Source: Bugula neritina (taxonomy: Eukaryota > Animalia > Bryozoa). From it: DNA of 64,000 nt. Shown here one piece after another: positions 32,447-46,902 of the stretch. Location of the stretch: contig OZ037772.1 in NCBI GenBank assembly GCA_964035545.1, forward strand, positions 3,997,538 to 4,061,537, given 5' to 3'. The stretch's first letter is position 1. Every line of letters begins with the position of its first letter. A program made the translations under genes and the position numbers. The notes beneath the pieces were generated by a model. It searched no databases, was not told the DNA's origin, and saw nothing but the letters and a program-made list of their open reading frames with translations.

Positions 32447-32890
32447 CACAGGGGTGTAGACAAACTAAACTAGACAGGGGTGTAGACAAACTAAACTAGA
32501 CAGGGGTGTAGACAAACTAAACTAGACAGGGGTGTAGACAGACTAAACTAGACAGGGGTGTAGACAAACTAAACTAGACAGGGGTGTAGACAGACTAAAC
32601 TACACAGGGGTGTAGACAAACTAAACTACACAGGGGTGTAGACAGACTAAACTAGACAGGGGTGTAGACAAACTAAACTACACAGGGGTGTAGACAAACT
32701 AAACTACACAGGGGTGTAGACAGACTAAACTAGACAGGGGTGTAGACAAACTAAACTACACAGGGGTGTAGACAGACTAAACTAGACAGGGGTGTAGACA
32801 AACTAAACTACACAGGGGTGTAGACAAACTAAACTACACAGGGGTGTAGACAGACTAAACTAGACAGGGGTGTAGACAGACTAGACTAAC
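32447..32890. repeat. 26-bp minisatellite GGGGTGTAGACARACTAAACTASACA, ~17 copies
   Basis: Direct tandem array inside an intron. Confidence 0.95.
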
Positions 32891-33227
32891 CAGTGGTCTA
32901 GATGGACTAAACCTACTACGAACTTACAATTACCTTGCGTCATGACGTCTCTATTCTCTCCTATAATTTGACTTTTATTTAGCGAGCAGATTTCTAGTGG
33001 GCTATTCGATAGTGACCAGTCACACTGTTTATTATAGCAACATAGAAATCAAGTTGAAAACTAGTTGCACCTGTTGTGATGCTATCAATGGGTGCTTACA
33101 GGTAGAGACGGAGTACCTGGACCTGTTGAGATAGGATATCAGGGTAAACAAGGAGATCAAGGTCCTGCAGGTAAGAATGAGGAGTTACTCACCCTTGCTT
33201 GTGTATTTCTGTTCTTTTTAGGTATTC

Positions 33228-33437
33228 TATAATATGCTGGGGTTTCCCTCACAGCTATTATATATGCTGGAATTCCCCTCACACGTATGATATATGCCGG
33301 GGTTTCCCTCACAGCTATGCTATATGCTGGGGTTTCCCTCACAGCTATTATATATACTGGAATTCCTCTCAAACCTATGCTATATGCTGGGGTTTCCCTC
33401 ACAGATATTCTATATGCTGGGGTTCTCCTCACAGCTA
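33228..33437. repeat. 30-bp minisatellite (TATATGCTGGGGTTTCCCTCACAGCTATTA-like), ~7 copies
   Basis: Direct tandem array inside an intron. Confidence 0.9.
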
Positions 33438-36150
33438 GTCTGCACTAAGGCAGGGAGTGGGCTAAGTAATCATATTGAATCCCAGCAGTGATTGTTACTT
33501 CAACTGACAGGATTACTATGTATGATAGTTACTCTGACTGGTTTCCATGGATCATTTTTACCATATTGTTTGCCACATGATGCATTGTCTTAGTAAAAAC
33601 AAGAAAACAAAGAAATATACCAGAAATGTTGAGAAATGTGGTGTTCCAGAATTAATAAATGACCACTTGTAATGCATACTGGTGCTGCTTGGTTCATAGG
33701 ACCTGTCGAACAACCTGGAGAACCTGGTCTGGATGGCAGAAATGGAAAGACAGGAGAAACTGCACGAACTGGTATGCCTGGTCCAACCGGCTCAAGGGGG
33801 GTCACTGGAGAACCCGGATCTGATGGAAGGTATTTTTTGTGCTTTACTCTACCCTATTCAGCTTCTTGGAACTTTTTATTTGATTTAGTTTCTATAATTT
33901 GTTGTCAATTTTTTCAGAGACGGTTTACCTGGAGTACTGGGTGCTGATGGTAGACCTGGGGAGCAGGGTGATCAAGGACCTCCTGGCTCCATGGGTCCAG
34001 TGGGAATCCCCGGTAACCAGGGACCTGAAGGTGCTCAAGGAGACAAGGGTGATAAGGCAGGAACATTCTTTATTCAGTTTTCTATTTATTTCAGTTCTCT
34101 GGTTTTCCACTAGTCAATCCTGTAGTTGTTTATTTGTTTTAGTTTATTTATGTTAATACTAAAGTTGCTTCAGTGACATCACATGATGTAATATATTACA
34201 CAACAATGCAGTATAATACACCATAATATAATATGTTATACAATACAATAATATTACAGAAATTATAATTCACTAATATCTCACAGCTAAGTTGTGTCTC
34301 CTAAATATATTTATTACTATAGGGGCCAGCTGGGCCACAGGGTGCTTCTGGACCAACTGGATTGTTTGGGCCAACTAATCCTCAGGGACCCCACGGAGCT
34401 TCCGGGAATTCCCGGCGAACAAGGACTTAAAGGTATGAATTAAGTTGAACCATCGTTGACCTTAGTTATTGGCCATCAACAGAATCTTGACTCTAAGAGT
34501 TATCCTACTTGGTAAGAAGGTAAGGCAACTCCTAACTCATGATAATATGAATATCATCTGCTGTTGTAAGACCCACTGGTTTCCAGGGACCTCAGGGATT
34601 CCTCGGAGCTCCTGGTGTTGATGGTTAAAGGGGAGATGTTGGATCAGTTGGCATTGCTGGACCACCCGGGCTACGGGGTGCTGATGGCAAAGAAGGATTT
34701 ACTGGTTCTCCTGGTGCTATGGGTGCTATGGGACCACCTGGACCTGATGGTGCTAAGGTAAACACTTACACTGTTAACAGGTTATTGTTATTCATCTTGT
34801 TGGTTTAGTGGTAATAAACCAATAGTTTGTATTTCTAGGGTGAGCAAAGGAGAGATGGGGAAATGGGTAGTCCTGGCAGACCTGGACCTCCTGGTGAAGC
34901 CCCAGTATTTGGTTAGTTATTAGCAAAACCAAGTTATTGTTCATTACTTGTATCTTTTTCATTCTCTTTCAACTGTGTATTGGTAATATTTTGGGAATTT
35001 CATCCATAGCCTGTGATTGAAGCTTTTATTTTATTCTACCATGGGTTATGTTAGATGCTCCCCCTATGATGATGAGTGCAATGATGTCCAACGGTAAAGG
35101 TGTACAAGCTGATGATGCAGGCGCCAACAATGAGCTCTATAATATGTACCTCAGTGAGTAATGGTCATGATGTGCTTCGATGTTGCCCGATTTGTAGCAG
35201 AAAAGCTCTTTTAAATAGTGTTTTGGAACTCAAATGACGGACCTGTTTCAAATTGTGTGTATGTTTAATTTACAGACAAACAATTTTATAATTAACTGTT
35301 AGAATTTATTGTAATAAAAATATAGACAGCTGTTATAATGTATTTCTCCTCCTAGCATTAATGATTGACATTCTTGTTTGATGAGTCACCTATTTAGTTC
35401 GTTTCTCCAGTTAAATGTTGCTACATTCTGACATATTATATAATGTTGATTTTATTGCTGTTAGCTTACATCACTACTTCCACTTTATTTCTCTAGAAAC
35501 AAAAGTAAGGGACGGGTCCAAAGACAGCCCTGTTAGAGACTGTTGAGAACTCCTCACTGAAAACCCAGAGTTCAAGAGTGGAACTTATTGGGTGAGAGAA
35601 GATGCTGATATGTTTCTATTTTCTCTGCTCAGAGGAAATCTGCATCCAAGTCTAATGACTGAAATTCTGTGAACATGTTTTACATTCTACAATTACTACT
35701 CCTGAGATGTCAATATAATGTCATGTGAAGTTTCTACAGATATTTAATGAATTGTTGTTTAGGAAGAAGAGTTTTTCTATGAGTTGCCTGTAATATATAA
35801 TTCTGTAGATTCAACAGCTGAACATGTTTTAGTAGTTTTATTTGATATTAGCATTATGTTAGTGTGAAATAGAGAAGTTGTATTCTCTATTGTTTGTTGT
35901 CAGGTGGATCCAGATGGTGGCTCCATAGCTAATGCTATCCAGGCTTACTGTCGCAAGGAAATGAAGAGCACTTGTATCAATGCCAAGACCTTCGAGTTTG
36001 CCACCAAATCGTACGTCACCCAGCAGCTAGATAATCAGCCATTTGTTGCTAAACACATGGGAACAACAATTGTGAGTGTTTATCTTGCATCAACCATGAC
36101 TTTCTCAGTAATACTTGAGAATATTCAAAAGTTTTATGTTGAGAATTGTC

Positions 36151-36272
36151 GCTATAGTAACATATTTGTTTACTGTATGGATGTTGATAAGTGTTGCTAT
36201 AGTAACATGTTGGTTTCCTGTATGGATGTTGATAAGTGTTGCTATAGTAACATGTTGATTTCCTGTATGGAT
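36151..36272. repeat. 45-bp tandem repeat, ~2.7 copies
   Basis: GCTATAGTAACAT...TGTATGGATGTTGATAAGTGTT repeated up to the splice acceptor at 36277. Confidence 0.85.
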
Positions 36273-38089
36273 TGTAGTTTGAGTATCAGGCAGAGTTTTC
36301 CCAACTCAACTTCCTTCGAATTCACTCTGAGAGAGCAAAGCAAACCCTGACTTACAGGTAATAGTCACTGCTAGCAGCTTATCAAATAGTCACTAGTTGC
36401 TAGTCGCTAATCAGGTAATATTCACTACCAACAGTTTACCAAATAGTCACTAGTCAGTATTCACTGGTCACCAGTTGCTAGTCACCAGTTACTAGTCACC
36501 AGTTGCTAGTTGCCAATCACCAGATACTAGTCCTCTACTATGTTGCAAGTCACTTGATAATCTGAACAATCACAGGCTTCTTCTTAAGCTGAGCGAGTTG
36601 TTGGTATGTCTATTCCTTTTGCTGATTGTAGATGTATAAACTCAGTGGCGGTAGAAGACGCATACGGTAGGAAGAATAAGTCAGTCATTTTATATACAGC
36701 TGGTGATAAAGAATACACAGCGACAGATAGCAGGTTTCAATATTCAGTGCTGCAGGATGATTGCAAGGTATGTAAATGTGACCTATATAATGTAAATCAG
36801 ACCTATATAGTGTAAACCTGATCTATATAGTGTAAATCTGACTTTTATAGTGTAAATATGACCTGCATATGCACATGATTGCGATAGTTGCATCTTTTGT
36901 TCTATTAATTTACTGTGGAGCTTGCTTTTGAGGCTTGCAATAAATGTTTACGAGTTCAACCCAAAAGCCACTTTGAGTGCTGTACGAGTTTAGAGTTTTG
37001 AGTTTGCCGTCTGCCATTTTGTAGTATGCCAAATCATCAGAAGCTCAGACAGTGATTGAGATGACACCAAGACCGCCACCCACTTGCCTATTATTGACAT
37101 TGCTCCTGGTGACGTTGGGACAACCCACAAAGAGTTTGGGGTTCAGCTTGGAGAAGTCTGCTTTTCATAGACTCATATCTAACAACAGTGTTATTTGGCT
37201 GATTTTTTAAAACTGTCCCTGATTAGATAATTAGTGGCCAATCAGAGAATTCAATCAATGTTGGTTGGCTGAGACCAGCAGTCTGATTCTTATATAACCT
37301 AATTTTTGAATGAAATATTTGATTACTCTAAATAAATTTATCAGAGACTTCTGAGGCAGTGATGGTGATTTTTGTACATATAAATTTGAAGAAGTTTAGC
37401 TATAGGGTTTATGCTGTTTTTTTAATTATTCCACCATAACCTGAGATTGTGAGTAGTAATTCTAGAATAAGGTAGGGAGGGTGTAACACCGTTCCCTATG
37501 ACTTTATATATTTAGAAACTGTTGTTAATTTAGTAATTCTGTTGGTGTTATATTTTTAAATTCATTTAATCCAACCATTTCTCTATTACAAAATATATTT
37601 TACCATAAGGTGCTACACAATTTATTTCTCAGCTTGTAGATTTCATCATCAAAATTATTGAAGTAATAAAATTGGTCCAGAATTTGAAAGAAGCTGCAGT
37701 TTTCAGATCTGATTATTTAACCTATTTATCCTGAAATTAAACATTGTTAGTTTAAAATGGAGTGTAACATATATTTTAGTCACTTAGTTCCAACTGTGTT
37801 GACCATATCAACATTTTAAATTTTACTTTGGCTGCTATGAAGTACATAAGTAACTGGCATTAAATTTCACATGTCACATCATCTTGTAAAAGTTTTTGTA
37901 AATAAAAATAAATTTCAAGTGTTTTTGAGAAGCTATAGGTTTGTATGTTTGAAATAATGAAACATAATGTTCCTTAATGTCAAGATTCTGCTTATACCAC
38001 AATACCATAAACATTGTGACTCTGTCAGTAGCCAAAAGCAGTGATGAAAAAAGATGTTTACTAGCTAACACAACTACTAGATTTTGTCA

Positions 38090-39842
38090 CTACCAAGCAC
38101 AATTTAGAAAAGAGTTGATGCCGTCCTGATGCTGTCGGGACAACGGAAAATCTACGAGAATATAGAATGAGACTTTGACAGAGTCAGACTTGAGCTGGCA
38201 TTTGAAAGGCTTGAGTGTTACTGAAAGCTGAAACAATAAATATCAAAATTGTCTAATTTTCAGGTTTCTGGGAAGTTTCTTTAGATGTATATCTGAAACT
38301 AACAATGTTTTACTAACCATCATGTCAGGAGTTCTCTTCATCATTGTTGTACAGACTTTGAATACCGTCACGTATCAACTGGAAACACACATTACAATCA
38401 TTAACTCAAGCACATTCGATACATAGTGGTGACTGCTCTAACAGCAGCCCTGAACCTGCGCTTAGCTGAGATCTTGGTTGGGGGGTGCGGGTCTATTCCT
38501 GCCATTGCTTCTGCCCATCTCAGTGTCTCTGCTACACACTCCTATGTAACAGATGTATGAGTTATATCCATTATACTGTATGCCTTCAGCACATATATGT
38601 CATACATCCATATTGCACCTTATCACATTGGTAACTGGTATAAAATGTATCACCTTATATGCGTCACATTCCGTGACTATCAGCTTCTTCTGAATAGTCA
38701 AACTTTGGACTTTGGCTTCAGCCTTCGTCATTTGAGAATATTACTGAGAAACAACATCCTGCCAATAGGAAAACAGATAGCAGCGTGAATTTTTCAAATT
38801 TTGGTTTTCCTGATGTCAAACACAGAAAGGTTTAACTCATGAAAACACAGCACTAATTAAACAGGGAGAACTAATATAATAATTCAAGGGAACCTTTAGG
38901 TTACAACTGGTTAGCAAAGTGGGTATCTCGAGGATCTTGTATTGGTGAACTTCAGCCTATAAATGGCTCGTTTTACTCTTTTGCTCACAAAGTTTATCAA
39001 CAAGATAGAAAAGCTTAACATATTCACTAGAAGAAGATTGTATCTGCTAAAGACTATGTCCAGCTATTATAGATTATAGATTGTATCTACAATCACATGG
39101 CACACTCACAGTAAACTTGTTAGCTTATTACTGAGCAGTGAACTTCAAACTATTAGGCAGAGTGTTAACAAAGGAAGTCACTTCCAACAACTGCATGTCT
39201 GTTGAGAATAGCTCACTGCGGCCGGCTAAAGACTATGTCCAGTTATTATACACACTTTAGTCACAAATAATTATTTATATTTCAACTGCAACATGCGAGG
39301 ATTTGGTAACATACATTAGCCCTGGCGATATGTTTTCTCATCTTGATAATATCCCATTGTTGAAAGGCTATCATTCGTTCCTTCTTAGCGACAAGTGCAT
39401 TAGCAGCTTCCAGTTCAATTTTCAGTTTGTCATTGATGCTCTCTGCATCTGCCATGGAGTCACTAATCTGCTACATAGACACCTGCTGCTCGGCTAATTC
39501 TTTCTGAACTGTGAACAACTCACAGTTGAGGCTCTTCAACTTGTCCTGCAACTGGCCAACTTCTTCTTGTAGAGTTCCGGAAGTCTGTTTTTCAACAAAA
39601 AGCTGTGTTCACAGGTCACATGATTCTATCTACAGAAATGCACTCACAATACACAATGTTATATCTGTTATATATGTACTAATTGCCTCTTTATATTGGA
39701 AACATGGTTCTTTTACTGCATAACCAATTGTAAAACAACGCTGATGTTTCAAACTCAGCGCGCTTAGCACATTTAAAAATCATATGAAAAAAACGGGACA
39801 TTTTCAAATTGATGTATGTTGATTGGCTGAACAGTTTAGAAA

Positions 39843-39941
<99 letters not shown>

Positions 39942-40755
39942 AGTAGAAGAACTAACTAACCTCCTCTGCTTTCCTCTCCAGCTTATCCTGCAACACATGA
40001 CGCTCTTCAATCAAGGTCTCCACTCTGGAAGCCTCCTTTGATTTGATGGCGTTTTTACATTTCAGGGCTTCTAGCTGGACCTTCAGCATGCTGATCGAAT
40101 GGAGGTGCTCATAACACTGAACTTTCTAAAATTTATCATTGAAACTATTTCTTGAGCCTCAAAGAATAATACAGTCACAGTATAACTCATTATGCATTCT
40201 ATAAATCAAATTACAAACAAATCAATATCTAATAATTATGGTGACAGTCAACATCTCAAATATTCTTATTAGACTTTTATATTCTATAATATATTGTATT
40301 TATTACACTGCAATATAAAACCAAAACCTATACTGAAATTTATACCTACGACTGAAGATCAGCCTCTTGACTTTTACACTGGTCTAGAAGGGTGTTGACT
40401 TGTGGGTCTCTTTCTTTAGCTGAAGCTACGTAATAGTTGTTCTTCCAAAGTCTACAATAAGTAACGCAAAAATACGTACTTAATTGTGTGAGGAAGTCAT
40501 TGTGCAAAGAGGGCCATGTTAAATGATACTGTTATAAAGACAAACTATGCACCAACCACAGAAAGAAGTGGGTTATAAGTGAACATTTCTAGAGCACTCA
40601 AGTAGAAGCGTCTACACCTGGATTACTTTAAGAAACAAAATGACTGACTGATTTATACCTTTACAATTTCCTCATACTCATTGAGTCTCCTCTCATACTC
40701 TGACTGTAATTGAACATTTTCTGATGCAAGTTGGCTGTTCAAAGTGATCAACTCT
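38090..40755 (-). pseudogene. Multi-exon coiled-coil protein gene with in-frame stops; may extend to ~41930
   Basis: AG/GT-bounded segments read LITLNSQLASENVQLQSEYERRLNEYEEIVK, MLKVQLEALKCK...[11 protein letters not shown] and LQEEVGQLQDKLKSLNCELFTVQKELAEQQ. Stops at 39611-39609, 39473-39471 and 38743-38741. Confidence 0.65.
39841..39937. repeat. (TA)n microsatellite
   Basis: Direct reading. Confidence 0.95.
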
Positions 40756-40967
40756 AAAACAACACATGCTTTCTCAGACAACTAAAGGCAATAAGCTTTT
40801 ATCCAACTTACACTGTGAGATTAGGATAAATTAAGTGAGCATTTCAACACCACAATAAGCAGTATTAGAACCATCCACTTTCGTGCAAATAGTTTCATTG
40901 AATCCATTGCTGCATGAATGTAGTGAAAAACAAAAAGATATGGAAATTGAAAAGGAGACATAGGCTA

Positions 40968-41158
40968 TAGGGGTAACGGGGGCACAACGGGCCGAATTTT
41001 GCGTCTGTTTTTCAAGTTACTAGTTCAATAATCTCTAGTCTTAATGCTACATCTGTTGTTTATTACAGGTACCAGTTTGTTGTTTCTATCTCTTTCACAA
41101 CTTTCAGAATAATGAAATTTTCATGACGAAAAAATTGGCCTATTGTGCCCCGGTACCG
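40968..41158. mobile_element. Small MITE-like element
   Basis: GGTAACGGGGGCACAACGGGCCGAATTTT is an imperfect inverted repeat of AAAAATTGGCCTATTGTGCCCCGGTACC. Confidence 0.5.
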
Positions 41159-44100
41159 GTTTGAAACTAAACTATAAAGATCTGCTGAGAATAAGTGCCT
41201 GTTACTTGCACTCTAGTAAACAGTAAATCTAATGGATGTATATTTTATCTAAAATCGTATGTTTTGAACTGCCCCTAGCACATTTATAACCAAAGAGTTT
41301 TGGTAACAATATTTTTGTTTTAGTCATTTTTATATGATAGTTTTTATACTTAGCTCAATAATTGAATTTACTACTTGTCTAAATAATACATCAGAAAAAT
41401 GCAAAATAAATAAATGTCATTTTCAATATTAAAAGTAGATTTTACCTCCCACGTCTAACATCACACATTTATAGAGTTGGCTATTAAATGACCAAGTCTT
41501 TGGTATGAATAAACTGGACAGTATATTTGGCTAATGACTATGCACTGTACCATCATTATTGACTCTGTGGTTGGCATCACATTTCCCTGACTATTCTATC
41601 TTTTGTAGCTGAAACTTCTCAATCTATATATTAAGAGAGCAGAAGAAAAGCGCGCAGAGCTTCACCACGACACTATCACAAAGAAATAAGTTACTCAGGA
41701 ATCACTTCTTTATATTTACAAGAATCAGATGTCAAGAGCCAGCTATGCCTCAGTTGACAACAAGATGTGAAAAGCCCACGGTTCTACCGTCAACGCTAAC
41801 GGTGCCATGAAAAATATGAAGAAACATACCCTCAACATGTAGACATTGCATCACCAGTCTGAGCTAATGTCAAGGTTAAACTCTGTTTCCTGTTGATGGA
41901 CTTACTTCTTGAATATCAGCTGTACCTTTACCTTGCACCTTGTGAGGATTTTAATTATATTCTCCTTGTATGATTAGGAAAATAGTTTGGATACAAATGT
42001 CACAATTTACTCTTTATTGTTTATGTGCTTTTGAAAATCATGTTTGGTAATATTTTTATGTTGCTGTGATCAATTGTTTAATAATAATAGATAATGATTT
42101 TTCAATAATTACTTCTTCTGAAATTCCCTCAGGGTGTTGCATGTTGTCTATTTTAAAGAGGAAAGTAAAGCATTGTCTATAAACAAACAAATGAAGCAGC
42201 CGTGATTTAGGGTAAACACAATGTCAATGATTTGAATCTTTGGTAAACAATAAGACATTTTCATAATGACCATAGAAAGCTCCATTTACATGTTTGTCAC
42301 AAACAATATTTGTACATGCTTACTTTATTTAAGTGGTCCATTTCATGATAAAAATTCAGCATCCACAAAGAAAGCTATTAAAAAGTAGCTTATATACTTC
42401 AAGTGGTTCATTTCATGATGAAAGTTTAGCATCCAAAGAGAAATCTCATGATAAGTAGTCTATGAGAGTGCAAGGGAATAGAATAGATATGAGGAAAACA
42501 TTTAGAGTAGAAAAACAAAACAATATCTATAATTGGTAGGGAAATAACAAACAGCCAATGCCAAATAGTGACTATATATGTATATATATGTATGTAGAAC
42601 ACAGTATATTATGTGGCTCTGCTGAGTCAACAACCATTAATTCTGTACAAATTCAAACCCAGAATATTGAGGTGTGTCTATTTATTCTGAAAGTTGTATG
42701 TAGTTGTTTTTATAAACTTTGCATGTACCGCATTAAAATTTATTTTATTTAAAAAAATTCAACATTTGTTATGCAAATTTTGCCAGCAAATGACTAAAAA
42801 GATTATTTGATTTTTTGAAAATTTAGCAGGAAAAGTAACTCTTAAATAAAGTGACTGGCCCATGCTATGTCCTATTGATTTTAATATTGAACACATGATG
42901 TAATTATGTAATATTTAGCATGTAAACTATCATCCCTGGTTTGTAAACAGGCACAATGTGGTCTTCAGTCTCTACTGGTGTTTTCTTGGTAAAACTGTCG
43001 AGAAAACTACAATTAATGAAATTGTAAATATGCCATAATGAATGATAATATTTGATAAAACTGTCAGATCAGAATATGCATGGTGTTTTGTGTTTTTGCA
43101 GAGTAGATACTGCACAATAATGTAATACATTTACAGAGAATAATATGCTGGTAATGACGATAGTAGAGTTAACAATTTGAGTAGGCTGTGAGTGATAAAT
43201 AATTTACCAGTATACACCATCTAAATTATTAAAATTGATATTAAAAAGGATAATACAAATGCCATAAATGATTGTCAAAAATACTACAATAACAATAATT
43301 ACCTTGGTAAACCATCCAAGAATGGAGCTTATAACTTTGATGTTAATGTAGTAGGTATTTATTCTCTACTTTGATAATATTGATTTAAATGCAACAAAAA
43401 ATTTAACAAAGAAGTTACTCAGCAGTTTATGCTACATGTTAGCTGACTGAAAGTGTAGCATAGAATGAGAGCTGAGAGTAAAATATACCTCAATGAATGA
43501 ATCATTTCAGGAAGCTGATGGTGTAAAAAACTATTTATATAACTTAGTCATAGTGATATCATACACATGAGGAAATCATGTTGACTTTCGAGTGCAAGTT
43601 TGTCATAGCCATAAAAGCAAAACAGCTACATGTACGTGACTAATGCAATGGTTTTCTAATTATAGGCGCGTTGGGAAATTTTGTTTGTTTTGATGAGAGC
43701 AAGAAATTTCACTTGCATTCCGAATAATTACATAGCATATTATAGGACTAGGCAGATGTATATGCTGTAGAATGATTTTTGGACCTTTCAATCAGCATAT
43801 GAAAAACTGTAGTCAAAAAACAAGTGATCATAAAAATTTTATTTTATATGAATAAAAAGTGACTAAAATGCAAACAATTATTTTGAAATAATACTTGCAT
43901 AGACTTGCATGCTATACTAATTACAAGTATAAGCTAAATAACAAAAGAAAATTATATATATACTAACAGTTTATGAAGTAGAATTTGTGACAACGATTTA
44001 TAAAATAAGTTCGACAATCTTGCAGCACCTTGAAACACAAAGTGTAAAGATGCATGCGTCAGTATACAGAGTTTGTTGATGTAAAGTTGTTATATCAAAG

Positions 44101-44497
44101 TTTTGCTATACACAGGCTGACAGTCAAGCAGCCACCTACATATAATTATATATATGTGACCGAACACTACTAAACCAGGCAATCTAGGTACAAATTACAG
44201 ATTCATAATAACTATAAAATTATATATATATAAGTGTTAAAAATCATTGAAAAACTTGGTAAAACTTCTGTTTGATAAATATGATTCAATTTTTGATGAA
44301 TGCTTTCGAAAATATTTTTAGAAAGTTTAGATTATTAATTATTAATAACATGAACAGTAACGCTTTTGACCTCTTCAAAAAAATCGCAAGAGAGGCAATT
44401 GCTAATACACAAAAAGAAAACAGGAATAATGTTGCTGAAAAATAAGTTTGTACAACAGTGTTTAAATTAGGCCATAATAAAGTATAATAATATGAGA

Positions 44498-45205
44498 GGT
44501 AATAATGGCACAGTTAATAATATAATGCCACAGGAAATAATGGCACATGCAGGTGGTAATATAAGGACACAGGTGATAATGTCACAGGTAAGAAGGGCAC
44601 ACAGCGAAAAGTAGGAAAACATGGCACACTTATGTTCAATTTTTCCAAACACCCATTCTCACCCTTATACCCTAACATTAAAAATGTGCCATTCTTACCT
44701 ACTTTTCCACTTGTGCCATAATTACCTGTATGTGCCATTTTAACCATAGACACCACCCACAATGCATCAATTAGAAAAGATTTCAAATAACCCTTCATTG
44801 CTGAATTATTATGAACCAACTCAATACAATCCTCCTGTAATTCTTCTGAAATATTTTTAACAAAACGTTGGAATTTTTCACATGTCAAGCTAAGAATCTA
44901 GCTCCTTCTTTTTGAGAGGTAGCTCAGAGAAATATTGTTAAAACTCTATCAAGAATTCACAGAGATGCTTAGAACTTTTTTTGAAAACTTATCTGGAACA
45001 GGTGGTGTCTGGTAAAAATAGCACGGGTAAAATGGCACAGGTAGTAGTGGCACGAATGGAAAACTAGGTAAAAATGGCACATTTTCAATATTGAAGTTGG
45101 ATATTTAGGGTTTTTAGTTCAGAATGGGATGGTTTGGAGGTATGGCTTTTGGGATAATTTTACCATCAGTGTGCGATTTTTACTTAATGTGTCATTTTTA
45201 CCTAA
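44498..45205. repeat. Two inverted copies (44498-44756 and 45001-45205) of a GGTAAAAATGGCACA-motif interspersed repeat
   Basis: Each copy has AATGGCACA units on one side and TGTGCCATT on the other; the second copy aligns to the reverse complement of the first. Confidence 0.65.
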
Positions 45206-45999
45206 AATTGGAACAGGTTCTTCTCCTATAACAGTTCATTGAGTGTGGAGAAAGACACCACAATTTTGAAAAATACACAACCGCTTTAGTGTAACTTTAG
45301 AAACACTGACGCTGCTATGAAAAGCAATGATATATGATGATTGCACACCTGCATGTTTAGGTTCAGATTATTTAGAGTAGCAAATATATTTACAAGGTAT
45401 ATGTAGTATGCAGTTTATAGAGATTGACTATTGCATGGCTGCTAAGAGGTGGCCTGTTATTTTTAGCAAACTTTTTGACTTCCATTTGGAAGTAGCACAG
45501 AAAGCAGTAAGGGTAAAGTAATTAATAAATGCATTCATGTCGAAGTAAACTGAGATTGCAAAATATAGTTTGGTTAAATAAGGGAGCTAAGATGAAGGTT
45601 TATATAGATATTGTTATGATTTTCAGAATTAGGGTCGATGTGCAACCAAGAGAGTCTATTTATTGCTAGAGAACTTCACCAGGATAAGTCGAGTTAATAC
45701 AGTTATATTTTAAGTACAAGGATACATAATAAAAATGATACAGAAACAGTTAGTAATTTACACATCTATTTAATCTACTGCACTATCCTCAACTGACTAG
45801 TATAGAGCGAAGCTAACTAGTGCTACTAACTAACAGCCTCACTAATTGGCTGTACATCGTTCCGGGTCAATACGCGACCCCGCGTATTGTGCTGCAGGTA
45901 GCTCCACGAGCCACCACAATATATACACTTATATAACATGTAACTTGCAAGAGCCCAAAAGGCCTTCATCAAACTTTGTGAATTTTTCAAATTTCAAAT

Positions 46000-46061
46000 T
46001 CTTCCCCTAAAATGTCCAAATTTTCCCCTAGGAGGAATTTCCTCCAGGTTGGGAACCACTG
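46000..46061. mobile_element. hAT-type transposon terminus remnant
   Basis: Ends GGTTGGGAACCACTG, the reverse complement of a Charlie-like CAGTGGTTCCCAACC TIR. Confidence 0.5.
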
Positions 46062-46902
46062 AACTAAAAGAAAACATGTAAACATGAATATTACCAACTG
46101 CATGCATCACTGGTTACAAGACTATTTAGTTACAACTTACAATATTTGTAAGCTGAAGAGCTATTAATAGAGATGATGGTATTTTGTACAGTATAACTTA
46201 GTCAGCTTATTATCATGAGTTAGTCACTGCTAATATGCTATGCTGTGGCTAACAGTCACATAGCTACTAACAAATAATTCTACTATTTATTATGACTATT
46301 ATGACATCTATGCTGAAGAAGTAAAATGTGCCTTTAAACAACACATCATATTTTGTGTAAAAAAGTGTTTAAATACAGTACTCAAATTTCGGTGTTCGAT
46401 GTTTTTTTTTTTTTTCAAACGTTAATAAAATACAAATCAGAAGATTTTTCACCAATTAATAGTAAATTATGCTAAAGAACTAGTGTTGACTTGTAGAATA
46501 AATTAGCAAGAGAAGTAACTCCTGATTAACATGGTTAAACAGTCACAATAATATTTCTCAAAGATTATAGCCTAAAGTTTATACACTATTGTGATGCAGT
46601 TAGGTATTCTATAGAGTTGGTATTGATATTGCAGTACAATTAGGTCATGAGCTTTCACCAGGCATTAAGTTTTTACCTCCACTGATGGATTAATCTTAGG
46701 GCTGCTACAGTTTATCGAATAATTGCAAACTATTTTGTATATACAATGCAAATTTCTTACAGAAAAGTGTCCAATTTTTGTTGAAGAAGTTACTAAGACT
46801 TTTCTTTGAAATAAATGCTATATAATATGTTTAAAAATAAGATTTTAAAATTATTGTATATGCTTTTATTTATAGTGAATGAATTACTCGACGAATGTTT
46901 AC

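Larger units (their letters stand above)
29353..37170 (+). pseudogene. Multi-exon short fibrillar collagen pseudogene (Cys-rich N-terminal exons, Gly-X-Y exons, COLFI C-propeptide)
   Basis: Cys-rich exons ~29353-29538, 29768-29852, 30142-30288. Gly-X-Y exons 32123-32290, 33102-33170, 33700-33829, 33918-34056, 34323-34432, 34571-34757, 34839-34911. Telopeptide exon 35055-35153. COLFI exons 35497-35591, 35904-36071, 36278-36357, 36632-36767, 37025-37170 ([39 protein letters not shown]...GEVCFS*). Stops at 34626-34628 and 35544-35546; frameshifts in at least three exons. Confidence 0.88.

Noticed and set aside
30292-32890. Regular repeats as a CRISPR array
   Set aside because: Head-to-tail minisatellites without spacers.
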